Source of the DNA: the human T2T-CHM13v2.0 reference genome, Homo sapiens
Length of the DNA: 64,000 bases
NCBI RefSeq assembly: GCF_009914755.1
Contig: NC_060926.1
Strand: one strand, 5' to 3'
Shown here: in pieces, positions 13,866 through 28,199 of the stretch
How the letters are laid out: every line of letters starts with the position of its first letter
Numbering within the stretch: the first letter of the stretch is position 1
Notes under the pieces: model-generated
What the model was told of the DNA's origin: nothing
Databases searched by the model: none
What the model saw: the letters and a program-made list of their open reading frames with translations, nothing else
Program-made: the position numbers and the translations under genes

Positions 13866-14316
13866 TGATATCGTTTCAATATATGTCCCTGCCAAATCTC
13901 ATGTTGAAATGTAATGCCTAGTGTTGGAGGTGGGGCCTAGTGGGAGATGTTTGGATCATGGGAGTGGCTTTCTCATTAACGGTTTACCATTATCCCTTTG
14001 GTGCTGGGTTAGCATTATCCCTTTGGTGCTGTCCTCATCATAGTGACTGAACTCTTGGGAGATCTGGTTGACTAAAAGTGTGTGACAACTCCCCTCACAT
14101 TCTCTCTCTTGCTCCTGTTCTGGCCACGTGACATGCCTGCCCCCATCTTGCCTTCCGCCATAAGTCAAAGCTCCCTGAGACCTCCCCAGAAGTTAAGCAG
14201 ATGCTGGCACCATGCTTGTACAGCCTGCAGAATGATGAGTCAATTAAATCTCTTTTCTTTATAAATTACCCTGCCTTGGGTATTTCTTTATAGCAATGCA
14301 AGAACAGCCTAATACA
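13866..14316 (+). mobile_element. MST-type MaLR solo LTR
   Basis: tgatat.gttt...caaatctcatgttgaaatgtaat...gcctaataca. 5-bp TSD gtcag at 13861-13865 and 14317-14321. Confidence 0.88.
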
Positions 14317-14673
14317 GTCAGTATAATATCATGGCAACATCCTTTCATCTCAGTTTCATGGTAGTAGACATATTAAATGTATGCATTGGACTTTTCAGGG
14401 CAGGGTTTTAGTCAATATGTAAAAACTTCTAATTTCCATTTTGTTTTGTTTTATCATGTTTTATTGCCTTCGTTTAATATTCTGAGGGCATAGGGCAACC
14501 TGCACATTTAAATTTCTTTCTTCAATGCACATACATTTGAAAATGTAAATAAAGGTAGCTATAGCTATAATCCAACATATCCCTAATATTCACCAGTTAT
14601 TGTCTACCACAATAAATTCTAAATATTGAGCCATGAATCATTTAAAATATCTTTATTTTTTTAAAGTCCTTTT

Positions 14674-15292
14674 TGAATGCTTGTTCACTGTTGGTAGGAA
14701 TGTAAATTAGTTTAGCCACTGTGAAAAGCAGTTTGGAGGTTTCTCAAGTATTTAAAAATAGAACTACAATTCACCCCAGCACTCCCATTACTGCATATGT
14801 ACCCAAAGGAAAATAAATTGTTCTACCAACAACTATGCAACAGAATTCACCACAGCAAAGACATGGAATCAACCTGGGTGCTCACTGATGCTGGATTGGA
14901 TAAAGAATATGTGGTACATATACACCATGGAATACTTCACAGCCATAAAAAAGAATGAAATCAGGCCCTTTGCAGAAACATGGATGCCCCTGGAGGCCAT
15001 TATCCTAAGCAAATTAGCACAGGAACAGAAAATCAAATATTGCATGTTTTCACTTATAAGTGGAGCTAAATCTTGGGTACACATAGACATAAGGATGGGA
15101 ACAATAGATACTGGGAACACCAAATTAGAGAAGTGAGAAAGCAAGGACTAAAAAACTTCCTATTGGGTACTATGTTCACTATTTGTGTGACAAGATAAAT
15201 GGAAGCCCAAACTTCACACAGTATACCATTGTAACAGATCTGCATATGTACCCTCTGATCTAAAATAAAATTGAAATTAAAAATAAATGAAA
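14674..15292 (+). mobile_element. L1 3' end fragment (old L1PA/L1PB type)
   Basis: ORF2 C-terminus (WIKNMWYIYTMEYFTAIKKNEI...CMFSLISG), 3' UTR and A-rich tail. Confidence 0.9.
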
Positions 15293-16373
15293 ATAAGCTT
15301 TAAAATCCTTTTTGCTTTTACTAAAATGTATAATCTTATACTTAAAATAAAAACAATCAGAGTTATTGGAGACTTTATACCTAGAAGAGGCTTCACAGAT
15401 GAAGTGACAGCTTCCCATTTTGCAGAAAAGCCTATAATGCAGAGAGGGTAAGGTTTTGCTTCCTGTTCTATCCCACTGAGTATTGTTAAATGAAGTCCTA
15501 TGTATTTGCACACTATTCTCTGATGACACTGCTCAAGCAGTCACCTATGATGGTTAAAGTATAGATAAGCACTAACATGTCATCTATGAAAACAAGGGAG
15601 TCATCCCATGGTGTTACATTACCATTTGGAGAGCCATAATTTTCTTTCCTAATAGCTAGTATTTTCAGATGTTAAAAGACACAAATCAAAGAATAGAGTC
15701 ACATTAGAGTCATTGCCTATATTTGAGACTTCATGACAAAATGAAAAGTTCAATATTATATTTCTTACATTGAAAAGTACTTTAGGGCAATGATCTACTT
15801 GGGAAAGAAAGTATTTCCATATGAATAACTCAAAAAATAAATCAACAGCCACACAAAATGAGGGATAATCAATCATTGCAGACAAAGTCAATGAATACCT
15901 GGCTAGTTTACTCCAACATGATTAAAATATATAAGTACTATTCAACCGTAAGACTAAACTGTATAAACTAAGTGACAAAACTTTTAATAACAGGTGAGGA
16001 AGAACGGTTAATTTCTTCATAAGGCGTCTATTTATATTGAATAAATAAAAAGAAATTAAAAGCATTTTCTCTATTTACAACAGAGCATTTGAATACAAGA
16101 TGAGAATAACGAGAAGATGTTCTTAGTGACACAAAACCATGGTCATTTAGTTCTCCTGATAAATTATTTAACCAAATAAAGTGCTGTTTAAGAGCTGGCA
16201 TTGAGTTAACCTTTATGTCCAAAACTGAAAAATGAAAGTGTGGCTAGTTAGCCAGGGTGCCTTTAAAAAAATACACAAAACAGGGTGAAAGAAAAAGTAC
16301 ATGAGAGAATCAACAAATAGAAATGAAAGGTTAAATGGTCATATCAAGATGGCAGATAAAGGAAAACAAAAGT

Positions 16374-16695
16374 GGGTCGGGCACAGTGGCTCACGCCTGT
16401 AATCCCAGAACTTTGGGAGGCCAAGGCGAGCAGATCACTTGAGGTCAGGAGTTTGAGACCAGCCTGGCCAACATGGCAAAACGCCATCTCTACTAAAAAT
16501 ACAAAAATTAGCCAGGTGTGGTGGCGGGCGCCTGTAATTCCAGCTACTCAGGAGGCTGAGACATGAGAATCATTTGAACCCAGGGACAGAGGTTGCAGTG
16601 AGCTGAAATCGCACCACTGCACTCCAGACTGGGGTGACAGAGCAAGATTCTGTGTCAAAAAAAAAAAAAAAAGAAAGAAAGAAAGAAAGAAAGAA
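16374..16695 (+). mobile_element. AluS-type SINE with A/(GAAA)n tail
   Basis: Full dimeric Alu; the tail runs from poly-A into GAAA repeats. Confidence 0.93.
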
Positions 16696-17263
16696 TGAAT
16701 AGCTACTGAAAAGGGAGCCTGAAATTCATGTTGATGGTCACGAAAAACAGTCAGTAACAGGAAAGAGTAACGTAAGTGTCTACTGTAGTTTAAAAAAAAA
16801 AAAAGACATGGCATAATTTTTGAAGTGAAATCTTACTTCAAAAAGATTGAAAACCCTACCCCAGAAATTTATTATCAATCTTTTCTAAAATGGCTAATTT
16901 GGAAAGAAAAAAGTTACATAGTTGATATTCCTGTTTTAACACCATTGCTGCTATTTATTCAATATTACCTACCATAAGCTGGATGGTAGCTATTTTTTAA
17001 TTAAATTAATTCAAATGTTGTTTGAGAAATGCAAAATAATTAATAAATGAGCTAAATAAAGGGAGGAAGAGTATGTGGGTTTTTTGGCATTAGAAGAGTA
17101 TGTCAATTTTCCTCTTCTCACCTCCAGCAACCATAACTATTTAACCAAACACATAAAAAACTGCAGACCTTACCATTTGCCTTCAAGGAGAATGGGTACG
17201 TTTCAGGTTTACAGATGCATTATCCATCCTAGTGAGAAAACAGATTGACAGTGCTAGTGTTCT

Positions 17264-17480
17264 ACTTTAGAATGATGATAGTTAACAATAGTATATTATA
17301 TAGTTTCAAATAGCTAGAATAATATTGAATGTTCCTAACAAAAATAAATAAATGTTTGAGATGATGTGTGATACATATAATTAAGCTGATTGATCACTAT
17401 ATAGTTTATGTATTGAAACATCACTATGTATCCCATAGATATGTATAATTATTATATGTCAATTAGAAAATAAAATAAAA
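17264..17480 (+). mobile_element. L1MA-type 3' UTR fragment
   Basis: gatagttaacaata.tatatt...tttcaaatagctaga...acatcactatgtatcccat...aattattatatgtcaatt, followed by an A-rich tail. Confidence 0.7.
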
Positions 17481-17496
17481 CTCTAAACATGAAGTA

Positions 17497-20008
17497 TAGT
17501 TATACCTCAGAGATACTGCAGGTTCCATTCTAGACCACTACAATATAATAAATATTGCAATTAAGCAAGTCACACAAATTTTTTGGTTGCCCAGTACATA
17601 TAAAAGTTATGGACACACTATACTATAGTCTAGTAATTGTGCAATAACATTATGTCTAAAAAACAATGTACATACCTTAAAAATACTATATTGCTAAAAA
17701 ATGCTAACGATCATCTGAATCTTCAGTAAGTCGTAATGTTTTTGCTAGTAGAAGGTCTTGCCTCAATGTTGATGGCTGCTGATAAATCAAGATGGTGTTT
17801 GCTGGAGGCTGAGGTGGTTCTGGTAATTTCTTAAAATAATATACCAGTGAAGCTTGCCACACTAACAAACTCTTCCTTTCACAAAAGATTTATCTGTAGC
17901 ATGCAATGCTGTTTGATAACATTTTACCCACAGTAGGACTTCTTTCAAAATTTGAGTCAGTCTTCTCAAAACCTGCCGATGCTTTTTCAACTAAGTTTGT
18001 GTAATATCTAAATCCTTTGTTGTCATTTCCATCTCAAAAGAACACTTTCTTTGCTCTTCCATAAGAAGCAACTCCTCAACTGTTCAAGTTTTCTTATGAG
18101 ATTGTGGCAATCCAGTCACATCTTCAGGCTCCACTTCTAATTCTAGCTCTCTTGTTATTTCTACCACATCTGCTGTGATTTCCTCTACTGGAGTCTTGAA
18201 CCCTTCCAAGTCATCCATGAGGGTTGGAATCAACTTCTTCCAAACTCTTTTTAATGTTGCTGTTTTTACTTCTTCCCATGAATCACAAATGTTCTTAATG
18301 GCATCTAGAATGGTGAATCTTTTCCAGAAAGTTTTTACTTTCCTCGGATCCATCAGAAGAATAACTATGTAAGGTATAGCCCCACAAAATGTATTTCTTA
18401 AATAATAAGATATTTATTTAATATTATATGTTAAATATTAATCTCTTTATATATCTTCAACAGAGGTCCTGGGTGACTAGGTGCATTATCAATGAACAGT
18501 AATATTTTGAAATGGATCTTTTTTTCTAAGCAATTGATGTCAACGGTGGGCTTAAAATATTCAGTAATCCGTGCTGTAAACAGAGGTGCTGTCATCCATG
18601 CTTTGGTGTTTTGAGCACAGGCACAGTAGATATAGCATAATTACGAAGGACGCTCATATTTTTTGGAATGCTAAATGAGCACTGGTTTCAACTTAAAGTC
18701 ACCAGTTCCATTAGCCCCTAACAAGAGAGTCAGCCTGTTCACTGAAGCTTTGAAGCCATTCATTGACTTCTCTCTAGCTATAAAAGTCCTAGATGACATT
18801 TTCTTCCAAGAGAAGGCTGTTTTGTCTATGTTAAAAATCTGTTATTTAGTGTAGCCCCGCCTTCATCAATGATCTAATCTAGATCTTCTGCATAGCTTGC
18901 TGCAGCTTCTACATCAGCACTTGCTGCTTCACTTTACACTTTTCTGTTACAGAGACAGCTTCTTTTGTTAAACCTTGTGAACTAACCTCTCCTAGCTTCA
19001 CATTTTTCTTCTATAGCTTCATCTCTCTCAGCCTTCATAGAATTGACGAGAGAGTTAGGATGTTGCTCTGGATTAGGTTTTGGCTCAAGGGTATGTTGTG
19101 GCTGCTTTGATCTTCTAGCCAGACCACTAAACTGTCTCCATATTAGCAATAAGGCTGCTTTGCTTTCTTATCATTCATGTGTTCACTGGAGTAGCACTTT
19201 TCATTTCCTTTAAGATCTTTTCATTTGCATTCACAACTTGGCTGTTTGGTATAATAAGCCTGTCTCGGCTTTCTTTTTTTTTTTTTTTTGAGATGGAGTC
19301 TCACTCTATCGCCCAGGCTGGAGGGCAGTGGCGTGAGCTCAGCTCACTGCAACCTCTGTTATTTTCCAGTTTCTCTGTTATTTTCCAGTTCATGATTGTC
19401 CTGCCTCAGCCTCCCAAGTAGCTGGGACTACAGGCATGCACCACCACTCCCTGCTAACTTTTGTATTTTTTGTAGAGGTGGGGTTTCACCATGTTGGCCA
19501 GGCTGGTCATGAACTCCGGACCTCAGGTGATCTACCCGCCTTGGCCTCCCAAAGTGCTGAGATTACAGGTGTGAGCCACCACGCCCAGCCTGTCTCGGCT
19601 TTTGACATGCCTTCCTCACTAAACTTGATCATTCCTAGCTTTTGGTACAAAGTGAGAGCCTTTAACTCTTTCTTTCACTTGAACACTTAGAGGCCACTGT
19701 AGGGTTAATTGGCCTAGTTTCAATATGTTGCGTCTCAGGAAATAGGGAGGCCTGAGGAGACAAGAGAGATGGGGGAATGGCTGGTTGTTGGAGCAGTCAG
19801 AACACATACAACATTTCTCAGTTGTTTGCTGTCTTACATTTTACAATTACAAAAGTGTGACACAAGGACATGAAGTGAGCACATGCTGTTGGAAAAATCG
19901 CACTAATCAAATTACCTGATGCAGGGTTGCCACTAACATTCAATTTGTAAAAAATCCAATGTTCGTGAAGTGCAATTAAGCAAAGCACAGTGAAATGAGG
20001 TATGCCTG
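17497..20008 (-). mobile_element. Tigger1 DNA transposon (TcMar-Tigger), near full length, decayed
   Basis: TIRs tagttatacctc and gaggtatgcctg, flanked by TA at 17495-17496 and 20009-20010. Transposase remnant [22 protein letters not shown]...[16 protein letters not shown] at 18084-18353. Confidence 0.92.
19273..19590 (-). mobile_element. AluS-type SINE nested in Tigger1, carrying a foreign internal tract
   Basis: TSD tgtctcggcttt at 19261-19272 and 19591-19602. Non-Alu sequence at about 19354-19397. Confidence 0.92.
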
Positions 20009-20647
20009 TATATTTAGTGCCCTGCTTTTTAACTTTTCCTTTTTCTCTGTTATTTTCTCGTTCATGATTATAATTATTTGAAGGAGCAAAACATTCTGTG
20101 GATGTTTATTTATCTACTTGTCTATTGTTGAACCATCAGTTTGCTCCTTGGGTTTCATTTATAATTAACACTTCATTTGAGTTCTGCCTGAATTTATATA
20201 CTTTTTTCTTTTTAATTATTGCCTTAGGATAAATTCCCAGGAATGGGAGAACCTGTGCCAAGTGGTATGAACGGTATGAACATTTACAGTACATTTACAG
20301 TACACTTCATAAGTGTTGCTAAATTGTTTTCTAACAGGAATGTACCAATTTATCCTGTCCTTAGCAATAGCTGAACATAGTTTTCCCCCCAAAAGTTGAC
20401 AGCACTGATTGTTTATCATTTGTTCGTCTTGTGTTTTTAGATACTTTTGTTCTCTTTTTTTCCTCATTATCCGAAAGGGAAGAGTTGATGAACTCAGAGA
20501 GCATAGGATTTTTAACTTAGTTTGGAATGAATGAGGAATCTTGTTTTCATTCAATAGCCTTTGTTACATCCACTGAATGAAATATTATGCGGGAATAAAT
20601 AAGGACAAACATGAATGCTACCTGGTAATATAAAAAAACACATTCTG

Positions 20648-20682
20648 ATTGCTTCTCAGCCTTTTGGATGAGATCAAGTGTA
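20648..20682 (+). pseudogene. U2 snRNA 5' fragment (nt 1-35), tailless retropseudogene
   Basis: attgcttctcagccttttggatgagatcaagtgta versus U2 ATCGCTTCTCGGCCTTTTGGCTAAGATCAAGTGTA (4 mismatches). Flanked by a 14-bp direct repeat aaaaacacattctg (20634-20647, 20682-20695). Confidence 0.92.
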
Positions 20683-23600
20683 AAAACACATTCTGGAATT
20701 CAATTCAAAGGAAAAGGGAGACTTATAGAGTTTGGCTTGTCCACTTATGTTTCCAAACCAATGCCATATGAGAGACAACTGTGTATACTCAGCCTTGTTT
20801 TATGCCAAAGACTTTCTTGCAACATGGTCTGTTTCCAAGAGTAATACACATCTATTTTTCCAAGAACACTGCTTGCTGCCCAACCACTTCTAGCTACCCA
20901 CAAAGTTCAGAAGAAATGGACTGAATGTGAAGCCCTGTAACTTTGCTGGATGTACCCAATTGGGAACACTGCAAAACATTCTTTCTAAAAGGATAGGCCA
21001 TCTATCTAATTCTTTTCTTGGTACATATCTATCTGGTTCAATTGATTCCATTCACATCCCAGTTTTGCCACTTCACTGTGAAAATTTGCATGTGGCTTAA
21101 ACTTTGACTCAGTTTACTCATCTGTAAATGGGAATAATAATAATGTTTCTTATACGTCTGTTGTAAGGATTAAATAAGTTATGATATTACAGTATCTGGG
21201 ATCACACAGTAAAGCATTAAGTAAATTGTCTTTTTGTTGTTGTTGTTACGTGAGAAACCTGACTTTCTGTATTGCACCAACTCCAAATGCCCAAGTCAAA
21301 ATAGCTTGCTAGTGACTGTCATTGCCGCTCCTTGAACTGTTATTTTTCCATTGAAAATATAATACAGATAATAAAGAACATCATAACAGCAGCTGACATG
21401 ATTCAAAGCTTATTCTGTACCACATTCAGTACTGAGTGTTTTATATGCATTTTCTTATTAATCTTCACAAGCACTCTATAAAGTTGGTACCAGTTTTCAG
21501 ATGCAGTGACAGATGCTTAGAGAACCTAAATAACTTGCAAAGACTGACCAGTAAGTGGAAGAATTTGAACTTGAAAGCAGTCCTTCCCATCAGAATATAT
21601 GTAGAAAAAGAGAAAAAAAAGTGCATAAATATTATCAGTGGTTGTTTCTGGATCATAAAATTAGGAGTGATGTTTTAATTATCTCTACATCTATCTTTTA
21701 TATGTATAAGAACATATTTCTCTGATAATAAGTTTTTTCAATCTATTCCAAATAATGAAGATAATAGCATTTCTAGCTAACAATGAATAATAGCAATCTT
21801 ATTGCTCACTCTTGTGAATTAAAAAGTAGTCTATCTTTGAATCAGTCTCTTTATCCTTTGCACAAAGAAGTTCTGTTATGGCTTTCTAAAAATGAATACA
21901 GTGTTTTAGAACCTGAATTCCATCTACTTTTAATTAGCAAAAATATAACATGTGCAGATTTTTAAAAATTCAAGTTAAAATCCAACATCAGTTTTAAGTT
22001 GGGATGAGAAGGCCTCCTTGCCTTTGCCCCTGATGTCCCTGTGGGAAATTTCCCCCCACGAGCCTGCATGGTGATCAGCAACAGAGAAGAGAGGCCAAAT
22101 GGAAGCAGAAACCAAGGCTAGTGACATGCTCAGAAGAGGAAAGTTTGTCCCACACTGAATTACTTCTCAGAACTCATGAGGAATGGAGAAGAAAGAAAAG
22201 CAATGGTGGCAGATCAGATTCATGGTCAATTGACATTTATTCTAGTGCCTGCCAAGTCCTGGGTGCTTTCACCAGTATTATCTCATTTCATTCTTCAAGA
22301 ACAATGTAAAATAGGCGTTATTAGTCTCACTTCACAGGTAAGGGCAATGAAGTCCAGGCATCAAGCAATATTCTGAAACCCATAGAGATGATAAAACAGC
22401 AGACAAGGGATTAGAACTCTGGTTTGCAAACCTCTTACTCCTTTCTATATATAATGCTGCCAACACCTTCATCACTCCCAATTCTCAGAAGTAAAAGGCA
22501 TGCAGTAATCTATTATTAGAACCATTATATATGAGAAAGTATCTATAAATTAGAATACTATAACAAAAAATAATTAGTAAATAAAGAAGTATGGTTCTAC
22601 TTGCACACCAGTTCTACACTTCCTTTTTTGTTTTTTTGTCTTTTTTTAATGTAAGAACCTATTCTTTGATGACATGTTTCTGCTCAGGATAGTGTTTGCT
22701 AAGTCTGTGGCCCTTGCTATGAAGTGCAAGGCAAAATTTCATTTAGCAGTTCATAACAGATTTTATGTGCAAAAACAAATAGACTCATAATATTACTTCA
22801 ACTAGAACCACAATCCACAACAGACTTGCTAATTATTCTCTCCTCTGAGGTCTCTGGAAAGGTGATAACCAGTTCCATGACCCATCCCTAAGGCTCTCAT
22901 CATCTTTGACATTTCTGTCAATTTATTATTTTCGATATCTGTCAACATAGAGATTAAACAGAGGAGAATGTGGACTCATATTGCTTCCAGAGCTTTATGA
23001 GGATAAGGACATTTAGACAATGGAATCGGTTACTGAAGCACGTTATGAAGATTTTTTTTTTTTTTTCCAAGAGGCTGAGCTGTCATTTACTTGGAATGGC
23101 TTAGGACAGTTCTGACTGGAGGCAGGAGTATGGACTCATTAACCTCCTAGCCCTGTAACTCTGTCAATCTCAATTCTCACCAGTTTCAATCAGATACAGC
23201 TGCCTCTAGTTTCATTCTGGTTGGTTTAGTGTGGTTGTGTGTGCTCATGCAATTTTCTGCATTGCAGGGGAAAGAAAGTATCTTCAATATGTGTCTATAT
23301 CTGTGCATGAGGCAGTGTGTATGGTCAGTCTTTCCTTACCGAAAGTCTCAGCATAAAATGTATTGATAGAGGTGTACGCTGGTATATAGGAAAGTACCCT
23401 GTGACAAATATAGTTGATTCTTTTTATTTCTCTTTGCATATAGATGAACACACAGCTACAGTGCTCTCAGGAGGCCTAGGAGTTGACTTAGTCCAAAGGA
23501 ATGACTGTGCTATTTTTGCACTTTCCCTCACATTATTTCTCAAGGCTTGAGGGAATTTAAATGTGACTTACTTGGCAATGACAAGTGTCTGTCCCTTCAG

Positions 23601-23743
23601 TGCCTCCTGAATGAGATCATTTACACAAATCACTTCACCATAGCTCATTGTATTTTTCATAGACAAATAGTATCACTTAAATAGAATCTAGATTTCAAGA
23701 AAGGAGAGGGTTTTTTTCTTCTTCCCTTAAAAATGACTTTGTA

Positions 23744-24057
<314 letters not shown>

Positions 24058-24704
24058 TATGACTTTGTAAAAAATGTCACTATGAAATTCACAATATTGG
24101 TGTGATGATTCATTATATGTTTTCTGGAAGAGACAGGGATATTTCAGAACACCTTAGTATTACAGATAAAAGACTTGAGGCTCTGAGAAGTGAAGTAACT
24201 TGGATAAGGTCTCCTAGTAAATTGGTACATCCCCAGGCCCATAACCCAGATTTCTGGTTTCCTGGTCCAGACTGCACCCTCCCTGCATTGTGTAACTGCA
24301 GCCCCACACACTCTGGAATAAAACTGATTCTAGCAAAAACAACAATAATTTAAAAATTGCCTTCAATTAAATGTTACTGAACTTTTCTCATGAAATATAA
24401 TTTTGGAAAAAGCAATTGTCTTTATAAGTATACATAATTCATGTCTGTTATTCCTTGATTCTTATGAGAATTTTCTTATTACTGAAATAGTGAAATTTGT
24501 CTGTTCTCTTGTTAAAATCTATTAAAATGGAAAAAAGTAATAAAGCTTAAAATACATAATAAATATAAAATCAGAGAACATGACCAGACTTATTCACCTC
24601 TACGGAAAGAATAAGAAAGGCGCAATGGAGAGGGGGGCATTAGTTAGAGGCATAGTACTTTATATTGCGGGTACTTGGTGAATGTTTTTAAGCTCGATCA
24701 GTAA

Positions 24705-25031
24705 GGCTGGGCGCGGTGGCTAGGCCAGGCGCAGTGGCTCACGCATGTAATCCCAGCACTTTGGGAGGCTGAGGCAGGCACATCACTTGAGATCAGGAGC
24801 TTGAGACCACCCTGGCCAACATGGTGAAACCTCATCTCCACTAAAAATACAAAAATTAGCCGGGTGTGGTGGCGCATGTTTGTAATCTTAGCTACTAGGG
24901 AGGTTGAGGCATGAGAATCACTTGAACCCAGGAGCGGAGGTTGTAGTGAGCTGAGATCGGGCCACTGCACTGCAGCCTGGGTGAAAGAGACTCTGTTTCA
25001 AAAAAATAAAAATAAATAAATAAATAAATAA
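24705..25031 (+). mobile_element. AluS-type SINE with duplicated 5' head
   Basis: ggctgggcgcggtggc-ta-ggccaggcgcagtggctcacgc..., ending in a (TAAA)n tail. Confidence 0.9.
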
Positions 25032-25361
25032 ACTCAGTGAATTCACTTCACAGGAATTTCCAAGTTTGTAAGCCACTTTTACAAGTACTATGAAAGAGTT
25101 CTGTGCTTATATATTTGTGTATTGTTTATGGCAGAATATGTTTAAATGGAAACGAAAACAACTTTGGGCAAATTAAACCTAACCAAATTTTTAAAAAATA
25201 TCTCTTTAGAAACTTGAGAGAATTCTACAATTACATCAAGAATGAAGCTGGCTATTGTCATATTATTATGCTATAAATACTATTGAGTACCTCTATTATA
25301 AGATTTGTAGGAAGGTAGAATTGGTATTTCTAATGGTCTATGCCTCATTTAGTCAAGCTAA

Positions 25362-25688
<327 letters not shown>

Positions 25689-28199
25689 AAAATTTACTGT
25701 CTTATTCATGCATTCTTTCAACAAACATTTATTGCATGCCTAATATGACAGGCAATATAGAAGAATGAGGACTCTAGAGTCAAAATGCCTGGGTTCATGT
25801 TCTGGCTTTCTGTTTACTAGATATGTAATCTTGGATAACTTGTTCCTCAGCTTCCTCATTTATAAGACAGAGGTAATAATAATACCTACTGTTATTTTTT
25901 ATTAAATGATTAACATCAATGAAGCATTTAGATGAAGATATGGTAAGGGCAAAAGCTCCTGTTGTTATGATGTGTTATGGATTGGGGATAGAGGGCAAAC
26001 AAGATAGATATGGAGTCTACCCTCATGGGAAAAATTGGGTAAACAGCTTTTACACTACAATTATGTTAAGTGCTAAAAGAAGGTATAGCATGAATAATAT
26101 AACATAGTTCTAACATCTCTTTAAACATTCATGCGTAATTTTCTTCTGCTATTGCAACCAAGGGAAGCCACACAGTACACTGCTATTCCACATGTTGGTA
26201 ACTGAGATTTGAAATCTTTGTTATTTCTACACTGAATCATACCCTTTTAAATGAAGCAAGTGAAATTTCATATCTGTGACATTGTGTTGGGCAGGCATCC
26301 TTGGAATAATTCATTTCTCCATTTTATTCTTATTTCTTTATGACCACTTAAAAGTTTCAAGAAAACAATCTTAATTTCATTGTGCTACATTCCTTAAGGC
26401 ACAAATCTTTGTGATGCTTCAGGGACCTTTGTCTTGATAAAGACAAGTACTTCAGAAAAAAAAAATGAGGAGACCAACAGCCAGTGTTTGTTGACGATGA
26501 GCTCAGTTGTTCTTCACATTGTGCAACAGATGGCATTGACAGACTGATGGTTGGGAAGGAGGAAACCAATTTCAAATACACCGTTGTCTCATACCACAGC
26601 ACCATGTCATAATTACATATTGATTTCCTTTCTTCTAATCCCACTGTCAGCCTTCTACAAGTGAGCTGATTTGGATAATCTGAAAAAATATTAACCAGAT
26701 ATCTCTCAACACACTTGTCATTTTGGCCCCATCTCAGATATCAAAGAGGCTTGAGGCACAGATTTTAAATTTATATTTAAATAAATATAGGCTTGTTCTG
26801 CAGACAGCTCATCTAGACAAGAATTTAAAAAAGAAAAGAAAGCTGCCAAAGAATCTTCAAGAAGTCAAACTCATTTCTCTGAGATTTTTCTTAAAAAATA
26901 AAACAAAATGATTTTTTAGGATTCCCCAAATGAGGACGGGACAAAAAGTGAGCCGAAAGTCCCAAGGTTGCTAAAAATGACTTACTTTATCTTTGGCATG
27001 TGTATTAAATGTCTTATCTTAAATTTAGACTAGGTTTTTGAGGTCTCTTCTAAAATACAGGGGTAATAAAAATGTTTTATTGCTTTTCTTTTCTTCCACA
27101 ATGACATGGGTATTCTTTATGGTAGGAGAATAGAAAACTTGGGACTCACCCTTTAAATTGAAAGACAGATAACATAAGCACTGGCCACCTGCTGCCAAGC
27201 AAGGTGCGGTCCAGTACTGCTGTGGTTATATGGTGAACTGTGACAGCATTTCCATGGTGTGGTACTTGAGTGCGCTAAAAATAGGCAACCGTGAACTATA
27301 CTGCAGTTGAAGGACAAGATAAAAATAGGAAAGAAACCTGAAAAATAATTGTATAAATAGAGTACAGGGATTAACAACTCAACCCACAGGATTGAATTCC
27401 CTAATAAGTTTTGCTATTTTTATTGAATGCAGTAAATAAACTAACATTTAAATATTTAAGAGAAATGTTTAGTATAGAAGTGTTTTCCGAATTTAAGAAT
27501 GGTTGACATTCAAGCAGAGATAATGTATACCATAATTTTGAATAGAAATTCTTTAATCTTTTTAGCTGGGATGTGCCTTTATATCTTTTAATGGTACTCC
27601 TTTCACTAAACACACACATATAAACACACACACACACAACTTGGATAATATCTGTCAGCTATAAAAAATATAATTGATCTTGTAGATGTAGCTAAAACCT
27701 GACCTTTATTTGCAGAGTCTCAGCTTTGATCTTGTATTCAATTCCCAGAAAACAGTAAGGACTGGGAAGAGCCCAAGAAATGAAGGCATTCTATATCATT
27801 TGGCATAAATGTAGCCAATATAGAGATGGCATCAAATGGTTAAATATTCTTCATATTTCCTTAAAATGAAACATTTAAAATGCTGGTTTCAATAATTCTG
27901 GGATGGAAAATCTGTACCAGATTACCAACTCTTGGCCTCATATTTCAGTCCTCTCTCATTTTGCCTTCTGTATTTCCACCAAATATGCCATCGATTCTTA
28001 ACTCTGCTTTTTTTTTTTCCCCCCCTTTTTCTGCCACGAGTCTAGAGCCAGAATCCCATCAAAATCAGACTTGGATTTTGGCAAAGGATCATTAACTTCT
28101 GAATTTCTGGCCACTTCCAGCAGATTAATTTTATGATTATGTCACCTTTCTGCTCAAAACTTCATAGGATTACTTAGAGGAATTCTACACTCTCTAAAC

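Noticed and set aside
13988-14031. Direct repeat cattatccctttggtgctg twice
   Set aside because: A small local duplication inside the MST LTR with no sign of function.
18084-18353. Transposase ORF as a domesticated TIGD-like gene
   Set aside because: It is only an 89-aa remnant inside a decayed, Alu-interrupted Tigger1.
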